A stretch of 64,000 bases of DNA from Eledone cirrhosa. Lineage: Eukaryota. Where the stretch lies: the NCBI GenBank assembly GCA_964016885.1, contig OZ024741.1, positions 120,342,001 to 120,406,000 on the forward strand. The letters are read 5' to 3'. The position numbers and the translations under genes were made by a program. Positions 27,936-40,441 of this stretch are shown one piece after another (the first letter of the stretch is position 1; every line of letters begins with the position of its first letter). Under the pieces are notes generated by a model. It made no database searches, was not told the origin of the DNA, and worked only from the letters and a program-made list of their open reading frames with translations.

Positions 27936-28359
27936 GGTCCAAATACACAATATAGAATTTCTACCAGCCCCGAGGAAATAAAATGCAAAGTCGCCGCCAA
28001 CAGAATTTGAACTTTTATCTCTTGCTTATCTTTCAGGTAATCTATATATATGCGGGAGGGGGGCAGTGTGGGTGTGGGTGTTTGCATCTGTGTGCACTTG
28101 TAAAGAATACTAAAAAGATTATATCATATATTAACATAATAATCGTCTTATCGTATTTCTGCAAGGTTAATTATAAACATATATAATTAACTAATTATGA
28201 TAAGTTCTTACTTGTAAACAAAGTTCGGTTAGAAATAAATGGTTAGTTATTAATGTGTTTTTAAGTAGTAAATGACTAATTCTCCAAATAATATTACCGT
28301 TCATCGTTTTAACTCTTAACGTCCTATACCACATAAAAATGCATTAGTAAGACATCTTC

Positions 28360-28836
28360 TTCTTCCCCCACTTATTCCTGAGAGGGTCATGGGTGTATAG
28401 TCCTCAAACACTCCTTCCAGCGGGTGCTGTCAGAAGTAACCGTCTCCAACTGATCCAGCTGGATCCCCAAGCGTAACCAGCCAAGCTCATGAATGTTATC
28501 CAACCATCTTGCTTCGCGATCATATTCTTTCGGTCATTACCCAAGATTCATGACCATAGGTAAGGGTTGGCACGAATACTGACTTGAAGATAGCGAGGCT
28601 GGCTTTTACTCCTACCTTCCTTCTTCTGATTACTGAATGCTGAAGCTGTCACATTACTGCACCAGCTCCTGTAATTCTTACACTTAATTCAATCTCCTGC
28701 CTTTCAACACTCGTGAACACGGCCCCGAGATACTTGAACTTCTCCACCTGCTTCAGTGGAACTCCATTCACATGTAAAGTGCACTACGCTGGCTTCCTTC
28801 AAAGGACGAGTGTCTCAGTTTTCGCAGCACTGATTT
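28360..28836 (-). mobile_element. RTE-type LINE 3-prime fragment
   Basis: Reverse-complement similarity to 36510-37030 (KISAAKTETLVL, QVEKFKYLG) and to 63020-63200. Confidence 0.75.
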
Positions 28837-29313
28837 TTAATAAGACATTCTATAAAAATATAAAACATCACTGTGGCATCCAATCCAATTCAGGGCATTT
28901 TTACTCTTGATGGAGGAACCCCTCCCTGGTTGACCTCCAACTCTTTCTGTTTGGTTATGGTCATGTGAGGAATGTAGCCATACTCACCATGCTTAGCAAA
29001 TGGTGAGACTATTGGGGTGACTGACCGTTGACTATGAGGAGTTCATCCACCCTTTTAACGGCTTTTTTTATTTTGTGCTGCTGGGCTTCCACTTACCCTC
29101 TTCACCCAACCATTGAAATGAAGTTTAATTCTAATACTGGAGGTTTTCACAACGATATGTCCATCAGACGTAGGCATAGCTGTTTGGTTATGAGGTTCGA
29201 TTCGCAACCTAGCTTCAGTCCAGCTCCGTGTCACCTTGGGAAAATATCTTCCACTATGGCCTTGAGTTGACCAATGCTGGTGGAATTTGGTACACGAAAA
29301 GTGCAGAAGCTCG

Positions 29314-29408
<95 letters not shown>

Positions 29409-29742
29409 CGTGGGGGTGGGTGCAGGCGCATATGTGTATGTTTGTATGTGTGTATGTAAAGAGATCGATAAAATAAGTACCAGACTTGAAAAAATAAGCA
29501 CTAGTATCGATATGATCGACGAAATCACTTCGAAACGGTGCCCCAGCGTAGCTGCTGTCTAATGAGTGAAACCATTATAAGAATAGTAAAGATACTAGGG
29601 ACATTCAACTTAATACATTTTTTAGATGCGTTCTGCAAAATCATTACGAGATGTTAAGCAGTAATACAGTTATCCGATCCCATCTAAATTATTCGTGAAC
29701 GTGTGTGTGTGTGTTCTATAGATCATTATTTAAGTTCTAATG

Positions 29743-29890
29743 CTTTCCAGCATAGTTACGTCCCTTTACGATCTGAGTTCAAATCCCGCCGAGGTTGACT
29801 TTGCCTTTCATCCTTATGGGGTCGATAAAATAAAGTACCAGTAATGCACTGGGTAATTGCTGGCCTTGTGCCTAAAGTAGAAACAATTAT
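29743..29890 (+). mobile_element. SINE family 1, 5-prime truncated, with TSD
   Basis: Flanked on both sides by attatttaagttctaatg. Confidence 0.9.
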
Positions 29891-29929
29891 TTAAGTTCTA
29901 ATGTGGTTTATATTTGTTAATAAATTATT

Positions 29930-30200
29930 TACTTTATTTATTCTCTGTTGCTATGTAAAAGAATCTGAGCACTTGTAGAGGAGGAATATTTTAAAGTTGG
30001 GTAAGTTCGTTCTTGCACATGTTACAATGCTGCTATTTAAAGGAGATTTGTCTGATCCTTTCATCACGGAACTGTTGGCGCTGCATAATCATTCTTCTGC
30101 ATAATGATACTCCCGTCTGTCTTATATAATTTGGCAGACATCCACGGTATGTAATTACATAGATTAGGTTTTCAGAGTTATAAAAGTGAAGTGAGGGGGT
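29930..30200 (-). mobile_element. PLE GIY-YIG remnant
   Basis: NSENLIYVITYRGCLPNYIRQTG...RQQFRD..IRQI. Confidence 0.65.
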
Positions 30201-30757
30201 TTGTTTATGGGCTTTTGCTCCAGTAATAAATAATGTAGACAAAACTAAAAATGGGTCATTTTTGTTTGTTTTTGTTTATTTGTTTTATTTGTTTTTTAAT
30301 CACCCAGTAATTATGTAGATATTCTACAGAGTATGGTTTTAATAGGAAAATATGTTATCAATACCAAACACAGAAATCTATTTTCTTAGGATATTTATTG
30401 AAATTATAACATAGATACAGTTTGTAGCACTGAGTTACATGAACAATAATAACACTTTTTTTACTATACATTTTAATAAAAGAATACACAGAGTAAATAA
30501 ATAATAACTACATATATACAACAAAATATTAATCATTTCACAAAGGGCTGAGCAGATTTGAAATTTTGAAAGTATGTTAGCTTGTGAAAGCTATCACAAC
30601 GCATATTTAAATATCTAACTATGGAATAGTTGAATAAGTTGGGTTCAACTATTTTATAGTTAAATACTTAAATATGTGTTGTTGCAGCTTTCATAAACTA
30701 ACATACTTTTAAAATAAATAAATACAGGTAGATAGAAGTACAAATACACGATGTGTG

Positions 30758-32707
30758 TTATTCTGGTTGATTATTTTTAGTTGTTGATGTTACTTTACAG
30801 GAAAATGTGGTAATATTAGATTTCATTTTTGAGAAGCTCGTAAACTGCTCACATTTTTTAGCTGTTAATCTTGTAGAAAGGAAAGAAAAACTAACAAATA
30901 AACCCAAAAATGAATTGAAGAAACAGAAAAGGAGAGAAAACTCACTGATATTTGTGAACGAATATAGGATTCCCCAAATCCATGTTAAACCCATAACGAG
31001 ACTCAGTTTCAAGAATATTTGGTAGTGAATTGTATGGAAATTTAATAAATATTTTGAAGAACGTTCCATCTGTAAATAGAGACCTCTTGAAATAAATATA
31101 AAAGCTAGAACATTTAACGATAACAATAGTATAACCGGGATTATGAAAACCCATAACAGAATATTTCCATTTGCAATCCAACATACTCCCTGCCCATAAG
31201 CTGGAGAAACAGCCTGATTTATTGGTATAAACTCAAGTATGAGTGACATTATTACAATTATAAGTGGACTGATCCAAGCATATAAAGAATATGACAGAAA
31301 TCTTTTACTGCCCCGATTAGAAATACGAAATTGCTTGAATCCTGAGAAAGTGTACCAGGCATCAAACGACACGACATTCATCCAGAAGAAAGATGCCAGA
31401 AACGAATAATGCATCAAAACAGCCATTGATGTACATAGAACAGTATATGGGGTCACATATTTAGACGTGAGAAACAAAAGCTCAGCTAGAAACAGTGATG
31501 ATAGAAGACTGATTATTAATTTACCTGGTAAGGTACGTAGTTCAGGTATACTGAGATATACTACAATAGTGAAGGCCAAAGCAGGAAGAGAAATTATAAG
31601 ACCCACAAATGTGATATAGCTCTCAGCAATAGCATATCTCGATATATTGTTGGTCTGTTTATCGACACAGATACTTATCCCATGAGCGTCTTGATTGTAT
31701 TCTGATTTATTCAACAAACGTTGGCTAATGTTCAGATAAAGAAGACCATCGTCATTTATGTAATATTCGTCATCGTCTAGTCTAACAGCAATACAATGGA
31801 TTAATGAGTGATAGAAAATTGAACGACACTTGTTTTGATAGACATCAAACAATGAAACATTAGTACAATCAGTAGCATGTATTGTTTTTGTGATCCTATT
31901 TGTACCGTCATTCTTCTGAACAACACTTATATATTGTAATATATTAGAGCTATGATCAAATATTATAGTCAATGGATGGATGATTTGAAATTTCATTTCC
32001 AAACTTTCATTAAATGTATTGTTGAAATCAGTACACAAAGCACAAGGATGAAACGTATGTGCTTCCCTATACGTAGATACCAGCGATGTAGAATTTATTT
32101 TACATATTTCCGGTCTATTTTTACGTTTTTTCCTTATAGAGCAGTTCGAAACATCGTCTGAGCATTCGCGTATATTATTAATGAATGTGATATCTGGGAC
32201 ATCAAATGAAGAAAAGCTACATTTACCGTCTGAAAGATGTTTGGAAAGTTGATTGAATGTAATGCTCTCCATGTTGTTGCATTTATAAATTGATTTACCA
32301 AGAATGTATTCTTGGTTGTTGCACAGAGCACAGAATAAGTTCTTGTACATTCTTTTGTCAGTTTTCCCGAAAGCTGGTACTTTCAAGATATGGTCTTCGT
32401 CAAGGGAATTTTCACATTTGCTCACGTGCTCTCTATTGGTGTAATTAGGACGGCATTCGTCGAGGGAGATGTAATATCCGACCTTCATCTCCGTACAACT
32501 ATGAGTCGAAACATTTCCAATGTAAGAAACTTCACGGTTTTTTAGATCTGGACAACAATTGTTCTGATAGCGACATTCTGTTTGACAGGAACATCTATGA
32601 TACAGCCGCCAGTCTAAACACGAGAATGAACTCGCATCATATTGTTTGAGTTGTAAACATAAACTAACATTTATAAAACTAAAGAATAAAATTGAAAACC
32701 ACTTCAT
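30758..32707 (-). CDS. Methuselah-like / adhesion-type class B GPCR, 649 aa, paralog of 23778-25709
   Basis: Signal peptide, CSCQTECRYQNNCCPD, YKNLFCALCN, DGLLYLN..QRLLN, and 7TM with LRTLPGKL, HYSFLASFFWMNVVSFD, YGQGVCWI, KLSLVMGLTWI. Confidence 0.92.
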   Translation of the reverse strand: MKWFSILFFSFINVSLCLQLKQYDASSFSCLDWRLYHRCSCQTECRYQNNCCPDLKNREVSYIGNVSTHSCTEMKVGYYISLDECRPNYTNREHVSKCENSLDEDHILKVPAFGKTDKRMYKNLFCALCNNQEYILGKSIYKCNNMESITFNQLSKHLSDGKCSFSSFDVPDITFINNIRECSDDVSNCSIRKKRKNRPEICKINSTSLVSTYREAHTFHPCALCTDFNNTFNESLEMKFQIIHPLTIIFDHSSNILQYISVVQKNDGTNRITKTIHATDCTNVSLFDVYQNKCRSIFYHSLIHCIAVRLDDDEYYINDDGLLYLNISQRLLNKSEYNQDAHGISICVDKQTNNISRYAIAESYITFVGLIISLPALAFTIVVYLSIPELRTLPGKLIISLLSSLFLAELLFLTSKYVTPYTVLCTSMAVLMHYSFLASFFWMNVVSFDAWYTFSGFKQFRISNRGSKRFLSYSLYAWISPLIIVIMSLILEFIPINQAVSPAYGQGVCWIANGNILLWVFIIPVILLLSLNVLAFIFISRGLYLQMERSSKYLLNFHTIHYQIFLKLSLVMGLTWIWGILYSFTNISEFSLLFCFFNSFLGLFVSFSFLSTRLTAKKCEQFTSFSKMKSNITTFSCKVTSTTKNNQPE

Positions 32708-33099
32708 TGTTTAGCAAGTCCTATACTAAATGAAACCACATAAGCAAAACATTCTTGAAAAGTATAAAACAGCACTATAACTGTATCGCATTAAAAATTG
32801 AAGTCTTGACTCGGTCCACCAGTAAAGATATTATAAACGTTTCAATTTATAGACCAGTTTTTTTTTATATTTTCTACTAAATCATTACAGGATGTTAAGA
32901 GTTACTATGGGTGTTGTTCAAGTTGTAACTTGAGACAATAGGTTAATATGCAGGCATTTGTTATTATTTTTAAATGTCTTTCCAATCGATCGGCAGTTTC
33001 CATTTCTATTTCTTTCTTTTTCAATAAACATCCGAAAAGCAGCCCTTCTCTCAGTCACATGCGTGTTGGGTCTCTATAGACTCTGGCGACGATTCTTCT

Positions 33100-33381
33100 A
33101 GTTGTTCAAGCAACGGAACAGTCACCCCATTGAATTAACGTGCAGGGATCTGAGCTATCCACAGACACGATGACTCTTAACCTAATTCTCAGGGAAATTC
33201 ATCGTGAAACAGTATGTGATAAGACCGTCCCTTTGAATTACAGGTACAACTCATTTTTGCCAGCTGGGTGGACTGGAGTTGTTTGAAATAAAGGATCTAG
33301 CTCAAGGACACAATGAGACGCCAGCAATCCCGACTTTACGATCGTGAGCTGAACACCTTAATCATTAAGCCAAACACCTTC
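33100..33381 (-). mobile_element. SINE family 2
   Basis: Reverse-complement similarity to 27637-27935. Confidence 0.65.
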
Positions 33382-33399
33382 GTAATTCGATAAGAATTA

Positions 33400-33620
33400 A
33401 TAACGGTTTCTGATTTAGGCACAAAGCCAACAATTTTAGAGGAGAAGAAAGTCTATTAAATCGACCCCTGCGTATTACTGGTACTTTATTTTATCGACCC
33501 CGTAAGGATGAAAGGCAAAGCTAACCTCAGCGAGATTTGAACTCAGAACGTAAAGGGACGTAACTATATGCTGCAAAGCTGTTGTCCGATGTCATCCGAT
33601 ACTGTCAATCAACTGCCGTT
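33400..33620 (-). mobile_element. SINE family 1
   Basis: ggtactttattttatcgaccccgtaaggatgaaaggc...atttgaactcag. Confidence 0.85.
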
Positions 33621-34717
33621 AATAAGCATTGATAATACTGGTTTTTGTTATTCATTGGATCTCTTGTGTTAAAATGTACAATCCAAAATATAATAGAATT
33701 AAATGCGCCTGCTATTTCATACGTTTTCAGACTGAAGTCTCAGGCAATGTTGTGTCGTATAAAAGATGATCGGGATGTCCAGCTTCTAAGTTTTACTCGC
33801 CTGAAATAAAAAATAATAAGAGATAATTACATATAAAATATCAGATAGATAACTTAAAAGTTTAAAATATCAGTTCATTGAATAAACATGAGACAAACAA
33901 ACAAAAAGGTAAAATTCTCTAATTCTTTCTCGAACTCATTCGAATATTTTTATTTACATTTCCTACATCATAGCACTGAAGAAAAGACGGAATCTTTGAA
34001 ACAGAATCTGTCTGTGGTTATAGAAGTAATTAAAGCTAAATTAACTGCTGAGAAATAAATGCAGAAAATAAATATTGTTCTGTGGTTATCGTTAATTATT
34101 TTACAAGACGAAAAAATAGTCACGTTGATATTCTTCACCATGAAACGCCTTCCATGGCCAATGAGAGAGGACTTTACATTAGGAAAGGGAAAGAAAATGA
34201 CCCTTAACTCTCGATGGAGTCTTAGTGGTGCTATCCTGACACACGGAGTGTCTAGGACATTTTAAACCTGGCGGAGCCCATCCCGCCCATGTTCTCAAGT
34301 AATCGCATTATAGCACACACAGACCTTTAACCTGTCAGACTAAACGAGATACCAAGTCCTTTGTTTCAGCTAACAATGTCGTCATTGAGATTTTCTGCCT
34401 TTGTTTTAAAGGAAACTGTCAGATAATTTGTTTAATGTTTTCTGGACATGCAAGAGATTTTGACCCCAGTGAGTTCAGTCTGAAGACAACTGAAGACAGA
34501 ATAGGGCACATAAGGAATAAAAGACAGCTACAAACAATACAATTTGCAAACTCCTACACTCGCACACATACACATGCCAAACACATAGACCCACGCACGG
34601 GTGCAGACGCAAACACAGACAAGGTTATCTAGCACAGAAAGACAAGATGGAATAAACAGAATAAGACCAGAAAGATGAGGAGACGAAAGAGCGTTAAGAA
34701 AAAAACCAACATCTAAT

Positions 34718-34915
34718 AATAATTGCTTCTACTTTAGGCACAAGGCCAGACATTTGAAGGGGAGTGGAAGACAATTAAATCGACCCCAGTGTATTACTGG
34801 TGCTTTATTTATCGAACCCGTAAGGATGAAAAGCAAACCTAACCTCGACAGGGTTTGAACTCAGAACGTAGAGGCCCGTAACTCTATGCCGCAAAGTATG
34901 CTGTCCACCGCCCTG
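34718..34915 (-). mobile_element. SINE family 1
   Basis: Same core and reverse B box. Confidence 0.8.
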
Positions 34916-35136
34916 TGTGTTCACTTTAAAGACCAAAGTATTGAGTTTGGAAACCTGCTGAAGATGTTCAATAGCCCACGTTGCGTAATATCAGCTGATG
35001 TTATGCAATTCTCTACATATAACACTTTTTAATAACTGTTATGAACAGAATTTCACGCAGAAACGAAATCCATCGAGGAGTTTGGCAGGGAGGTATCATT
35101 ACCAAAACACTGCCATCATACTCACTAACTAATTGT

Positions 35137-37225
35137 GTGCACTCTGTGTGATAAAGTGCAGTTCCTCAACTGCAAGCTTATTATCTTTATCTCACTGAGT
35201 GAGTGGATAATGGCCGGAGATCACTGAAATAAATTCAGCTGTTAAATGCTGCAGGCGAATGAAGTTTGGCACCAGATGGCAGAGGATCCCTTGGTTCAAT
35301 TAAGAGGTCAAAAATGCCATCCGAGCAAAGAAGGAGGCATACAAAGCTTGGCTTAGAAATAAGTCCTCCTTCTTACACGTGAGTCACAAGCAGTCACGAA
35401 GAATCGCAGCAGAGACAGTAAAGGCATCCAAAGACATGGGAGGACTTTGGAGTTAAGCAGGAATCTGACTTCAGATCATCAAATAAAGTGTTCTGGCAGG
35501 TCATCCACCGACTTTATAATTTTAAAAAATCCTCCTCGACACCTGCTATCAGAAACGCTCTTGGGTCTCACCCCTCTTCAGGGAGATGCATCCTCGTGAG
35601 GTGGAGAAAATACTTTGCTGATCTCCTGAACCTGATCACAATGGCAACTTCTGCTGTATATGAGGAGCATCTCGGGGCGATGACTTATCTCTCGGGGGCG
35701 GAGCTTACGAGAGCAGTTAAAGAGCTCAAAAGTAGCAAGGCTGTTGGGGAAGATGAAATTCGACCCGAGATATTAAAAGCCTTAAATAGAGAAGGTATTT
35801 TCTGGATGACTCGTGTGTACCGGGTGGCCTGGATCTCAGGAAAGGCACCTAAGCAATGGTAATTAGGAGTGATAATCCCAATTTTCAAAAAGGAAGACAA
35901 CAGAGATTGTTCCAATGATAGAGGGATCTCCTTCTGAAGCCTCCCCAGTAAAATCTATGCTACGTGTCTGGCAAAGAGATATAGGGAGATTGACGAGTCC
36001 AAGTTAACTGATGAACAGTGCGGTTTTCGCTCTGGATACAGCACAGCCGACCAAATATTCACACTGAGGAAGGTCTTCGAGAAATCGTGGGAGTGCTGGC
36101 AAGAGGTGTATTCTTGCTTTGTGGACCTCGAAAGGGCATACGATCGCGTTCCACAGGACCTGCTGTGAAAGGTTCTGCAGGAGTATGGGATCGATGGGCA
36201 ACTTCTTGTTGCACTGATGTCTCTATACGAATGCCCGAGTATTTGTGTTCGGATAAATGGGGCTAAATCAAAACCATTCAATGTGGGAGTCGGACTCCGC
36301 CAAGGGTTCGTACTGTCACCTCTCCTGTTCATTATTTTCATGAACAGGATTGACATACGCAGTCGGGTTGGAAGTGCTATCACAACTGGCAGATGTAGGA
36401 TCAGTCGGCTGAAATTTGTAGACGACATGGTATTACTTAACTCGTCAGAAGGTGATTTCCAACATTCACTTGATATGTTTGATGCCGAGTGCTGTATGGT
36501 TGGAATGAAAATCAGTGGTGCGAAAACTGAGACACTCGTCCTCTCAAGGAAGCCTATGCAGTGCACTCTCAACTGTGCAGTTCCTCAACTGCAGGCTTAT
36601 TATCTCACCGAGGGAGTGGGTAATGGCTGGAGATCACTGAAATAAATTCCGTTGTTAAATGCTGCGGACGAATGAGGCTTTGTGTGACACCAGATGGCAG
36701 AGGTCAAAAATGCCATCCGAGCAAAGAAGGAGGCCTACAAAGCTTGGCTTGGTAAGAAGTCCTCCTTCTTACACGTGCGGCACATGCAGTCACGAAGTCC
36801 CTCTACAGGTGAATGGAGTTATATTGAAGCAAGTGGAGAAATTCAGGTATCTCGGAGCCATATTTACGAGTGATGGAAAGCAAGAATGTGACGTAAGTAC
36901 AAGGGATTGCAAGATCTGGTACAGTAATGCACCAGCTTCAACAATCAGTGATCAGAAGTGAGGTTGGAGTAAAAGTCAAACTCGCTATCTTCAATTCAGT
37001 ATTCGTGCCAACCCTTACCTATGGTCATGAATCTTGGGTAATGATGGAAAAGATACGATCGCGAATACAAATGGCTGAAATGGGGTTCCTCCGAGGAGTC
37101 TTTTGAGTAACGTTACTCGAAGATCAGAGAGTTGCTACAGGTAGAGTCGCTACTTCTTTGAGACATCACAGCTCTGATATTACGGGCATGCAGTGAGACT
37201 GTCTCAGGAAAGAATCGCTGGACAT
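35137..37225 (+). mobile_element. Degraded RTE-clade LINE (RT region)
   Basis: KAVGEDEIRPE, FVDLERAYDRVP, GVGLRQGFVLSPLLF, FVDD, QVEKFRYLG and LTYGHESW, with stops and frameshifts. Confidence 0.88.
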
Positions 37226-37288
37226 TTGATTTGATTTGATCGAGCCATTTGAGAATGCATAATGAAACAGACAGACAAAGAGACACAG

Positions 37289-37392
<104 letters not shown>

Positions 37393-37590
37393 TGATAGTC
37401 TCTGGAACGGCGACCGGGAAGACTACAAATTACAGAAGTACTCGATACATGCTATGATGCAGAGTTGATCCTCTTCTGTCACTGTGTGTGCGCGTGTGTG
37501 TGTGCGCGTGCGTGTGTGTGTGTGTGTGTGTGTGCGTGTGTGTGTGTGTGTGTGCGCGCGCGCGTGTGTGTGTGTGGGTGTGCGTGTGGG

Positions 37591-37621
<31 letters not shown>

Positions 37622-37633
37622 TAATAATAGGTT

Positions 37634-37818
37634 TGGATGAGGTGTCAAATTATCATTAAGTTCATTCAGGTGTGACGCGCGTTTCGTAATTGATCAGCTC
37701 AAGGTGTCGATCTCTATAGATCGGGCCCGACTCTGATAGAGATCGAACCTTCAGCTAATCAATCGCGAAAGGCGCGTCACACCCGAATAAACTTAATGAT
37801 AATTTGACACCTCGTCCA
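37634..37818. repeat. ~185-bp fold-back palindrome containing HHR-type GAAAC-GCGC-GTC
   Basis: Arms tggatgaggtgtcaaattatcattaag... / ...cttaatgataatttgacacctcgtcca. Confidence 0.8.
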
Positions 37819-37823
37819 CACTT

Positions 37824-37995
37824 GCAGTATCGATAGAGGGTCCGACGCCATGCTTTGCAGCATAGAGTTACGCCCCTTTACGGTCTGATTTCAAATCCCG
37901 GCGACGTTAACTTTGCCTTTCATCCTTATGAGGTCGATAAAATAAAGTACCAGTAATTGCTGGCCTTGTGCCAAAAGTAGAAACCATTATTACTA
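37824..37995 (+). mobile_element. SINE family 1
   Basis: Homology to 16708-16897. Confidence 0.85.
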
Positions 37996-38114
37996 TTATA
38001 CTCTGCTGAGTACAACCGGAAAGTACATACTGGAAACTAAGTATCGAGTTCTCATTTTGGTGAACCAACACTAACTTGAAGCTACAATCCCTATTTATAT
38101 ATATATATATATGT

Positions 38115-38898
38115 ATATAGAAATTACATGAATCAAAGTTCTGTTCAAATCATTTATTCGCTTACAATTGTTTCTTCCAAACCAAGGTTTGGAGTCTTCG
38201 GAGCAATTTTTCAATGATTGTTTACATACTTGACCTCCTTTTCAACACAAGAGACATACAGAAACATATGTATATATTGATGCACAGTGGGTTGACATCC
38301 ATTATAATATTTAAGCATGGCAGTTTACATTTAAAGATTAAAGTCATATTAAAAGAAAATTACAACAAAATTAAAGTTATAATACAACATTGGCAGTCTA
38401 TGAAGGTGATGCAGGAGGATAGTTAGAAGTAGTTAGTTACACGTGGGGCATGCACGTGTGTCCTATTTATATAAGATTATAGTGCGGTAAGGTGTTATAT
38501 GGAATATAAGCACTTTAAGCGGGGAAATCAAGAGTATTATGGGGGTTGTATAGTATTTTATATGTATGATATAGAAGCTTGTGTGCAGAGAAATATTTAA
38601 AGTATTAAGAATGAGAAGCAAAACAGTGTTATGGTTTTTCGTATACACCACCATTTTCACAATCCAGGACTTTAATCTTTAAATGTAAACTGCCATGCTT
38701 AAATATTATAATGGATGTCAACCCACTGTGCATCAATATATACATATGTTTCTGTATGTCTCTTGTGTTGAAAAGGAGGTCTAGTATGTAAACAATCATT
38801 GAAAAATTGCTCCGAAGACCCCAAACCTCGGTTTGGAAGAAACAATTGTAAGTGAATAAATGATTTGAACAGAACTTTGATTCATGTAATTTCTATAT
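38115..38898. mobile_element. PLE 3-prime end with inverted pLTR (~230-bp inverted arms, each with an HHR)
   Basis: 38115-38345 is the reverse complement of 38668-38898; homologous to 13190-13818. Confidence 0.85.
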
Positions 38899-39079
38899 AA
38901 CTGCTCTGTAGAACAACTGATGTTATTACATTGAGCTATTTATCTTACTGGTAATAAGGTAGTAATAAATTACTGTCTTTCACTGTTTAGGGTTTAAAAT
39001 ATATATAACTATAAAAGGTTTTACTGTATACATAACCATAAATAGTATCCTTAATACTATATATGTATATATATAATTA

Positions 39080-39940
39080 TAATAATAATAAATTTGAAGA
39101 CTAAAATCCAAAGAGGGCTCGATAAGGATAAATATATATCAAATATATAAGAACCCTAGAGCAAATATTTATTAAAATAACAGATTAAAGTTTAAGCAAA
39201 GAATCGCTGCTTTCACCCTTAACGGGATGTTCTGAAACTAACAAAGTCAATCTGTAAACGCAGAAGTGGATATTTCAAAAAACGTTGCAACCGGAGGAAG
39301 ACAGGAAGACGATACTTTGGTTCGTGGAAACGTTCCCTTGCAAATAACGGGAAAAAACGAATATAATACGTCATTATTTGGAGCGGTGAAAAACAATTAC
39401 ACGCAAAGACAAAACCCTCGCTGTGACTTGTTTTTTTCTATCACCTTACTACTATCCTCTTTTTCTCTCCCCATTCTCTCTCCTTGTACACCCTCTGCTG
39501 GTCACATTCTCTCGGCTGGCCTCTTCCTCACACTTTAACTCACTCACTCTCTGCTACTCCCCCTCTCTCACTTCCTCCCGTCTGACCTGTGCGAAATCCT
39601 TTTCTCGCTCACATTTTGCAGGGTTCGGACGCGTCCTTCTTCTTCTTCTCGTCATTGATTTGCTAGAACTTAAGTTCGCATGTATCATTGACTTGTTTTC
39701 TCAGTTTCCTCTCTTTACGTTGCCTTATCAATTTGTTTGTTTACATGTCTCTCTTTCTCCACCCAATTCTTTTTATCCCAATAACTTATTTTAGTTATTG
39801 CTCGCACTGACTTTGAGGTATCTGGTCTTTAATGCGAAGAAATACCGATGATAGTCTGATGATGGATAGTCCTAGTTTCTTGCTCTATTTTTCATTCATA
39901 TGTATCACATTCGCAACAATGCAGCACGCCATTTTTCATT
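39080..39940. mobile_element. Composite of module A (+), module B (-) and module C
   Basis: Homology to 601-950 and, in reverse, to 49842-50394. Confidence 0.75.
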
Positions 39941-39957
39941 CCTATATATATATATAT

Positions 39958-40359
39958 ATAAGCATCCAACACTAATTATATATATATATATATATATACG
40001 ATATTAAATAAATGGAAACTATATTTATAAAACCATATATATTTTACCATATATATTTCAGGAACATCATATTAAAAATATGGTATGCCTTCATCAGACA
40101 AAATACAATATAAACAGTCTTATAAATAGATAGATTTGACATACCTTACAACTTCAACTTCCATTCAAAAAGTCGATCCGGCAGTGAAAAATGTCAGGGA
40201 CAGTTATAAAAAGAAAGAAAGAAAGAAAGAAAGCGAAGAAAAAGAAGAAATGCATGCAACGAAAAACAGAGAGAGATAGACATAGAGAGACAGATAGAGA
40301 GAAGAAATTCATGCAAAGAAAAAACAGAGAGAGACAGATAGAGAGAGAAAAAAAACACA

Positions 40360-40441
<82 letters not shown>

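Noticed and set aside
36570-36685. HDV-like ribozyme at the RTE 5-prime segment
   Set aside because: A cctca/tgagg pairing exists but P1, P3 and P1.1 could not be assembled.
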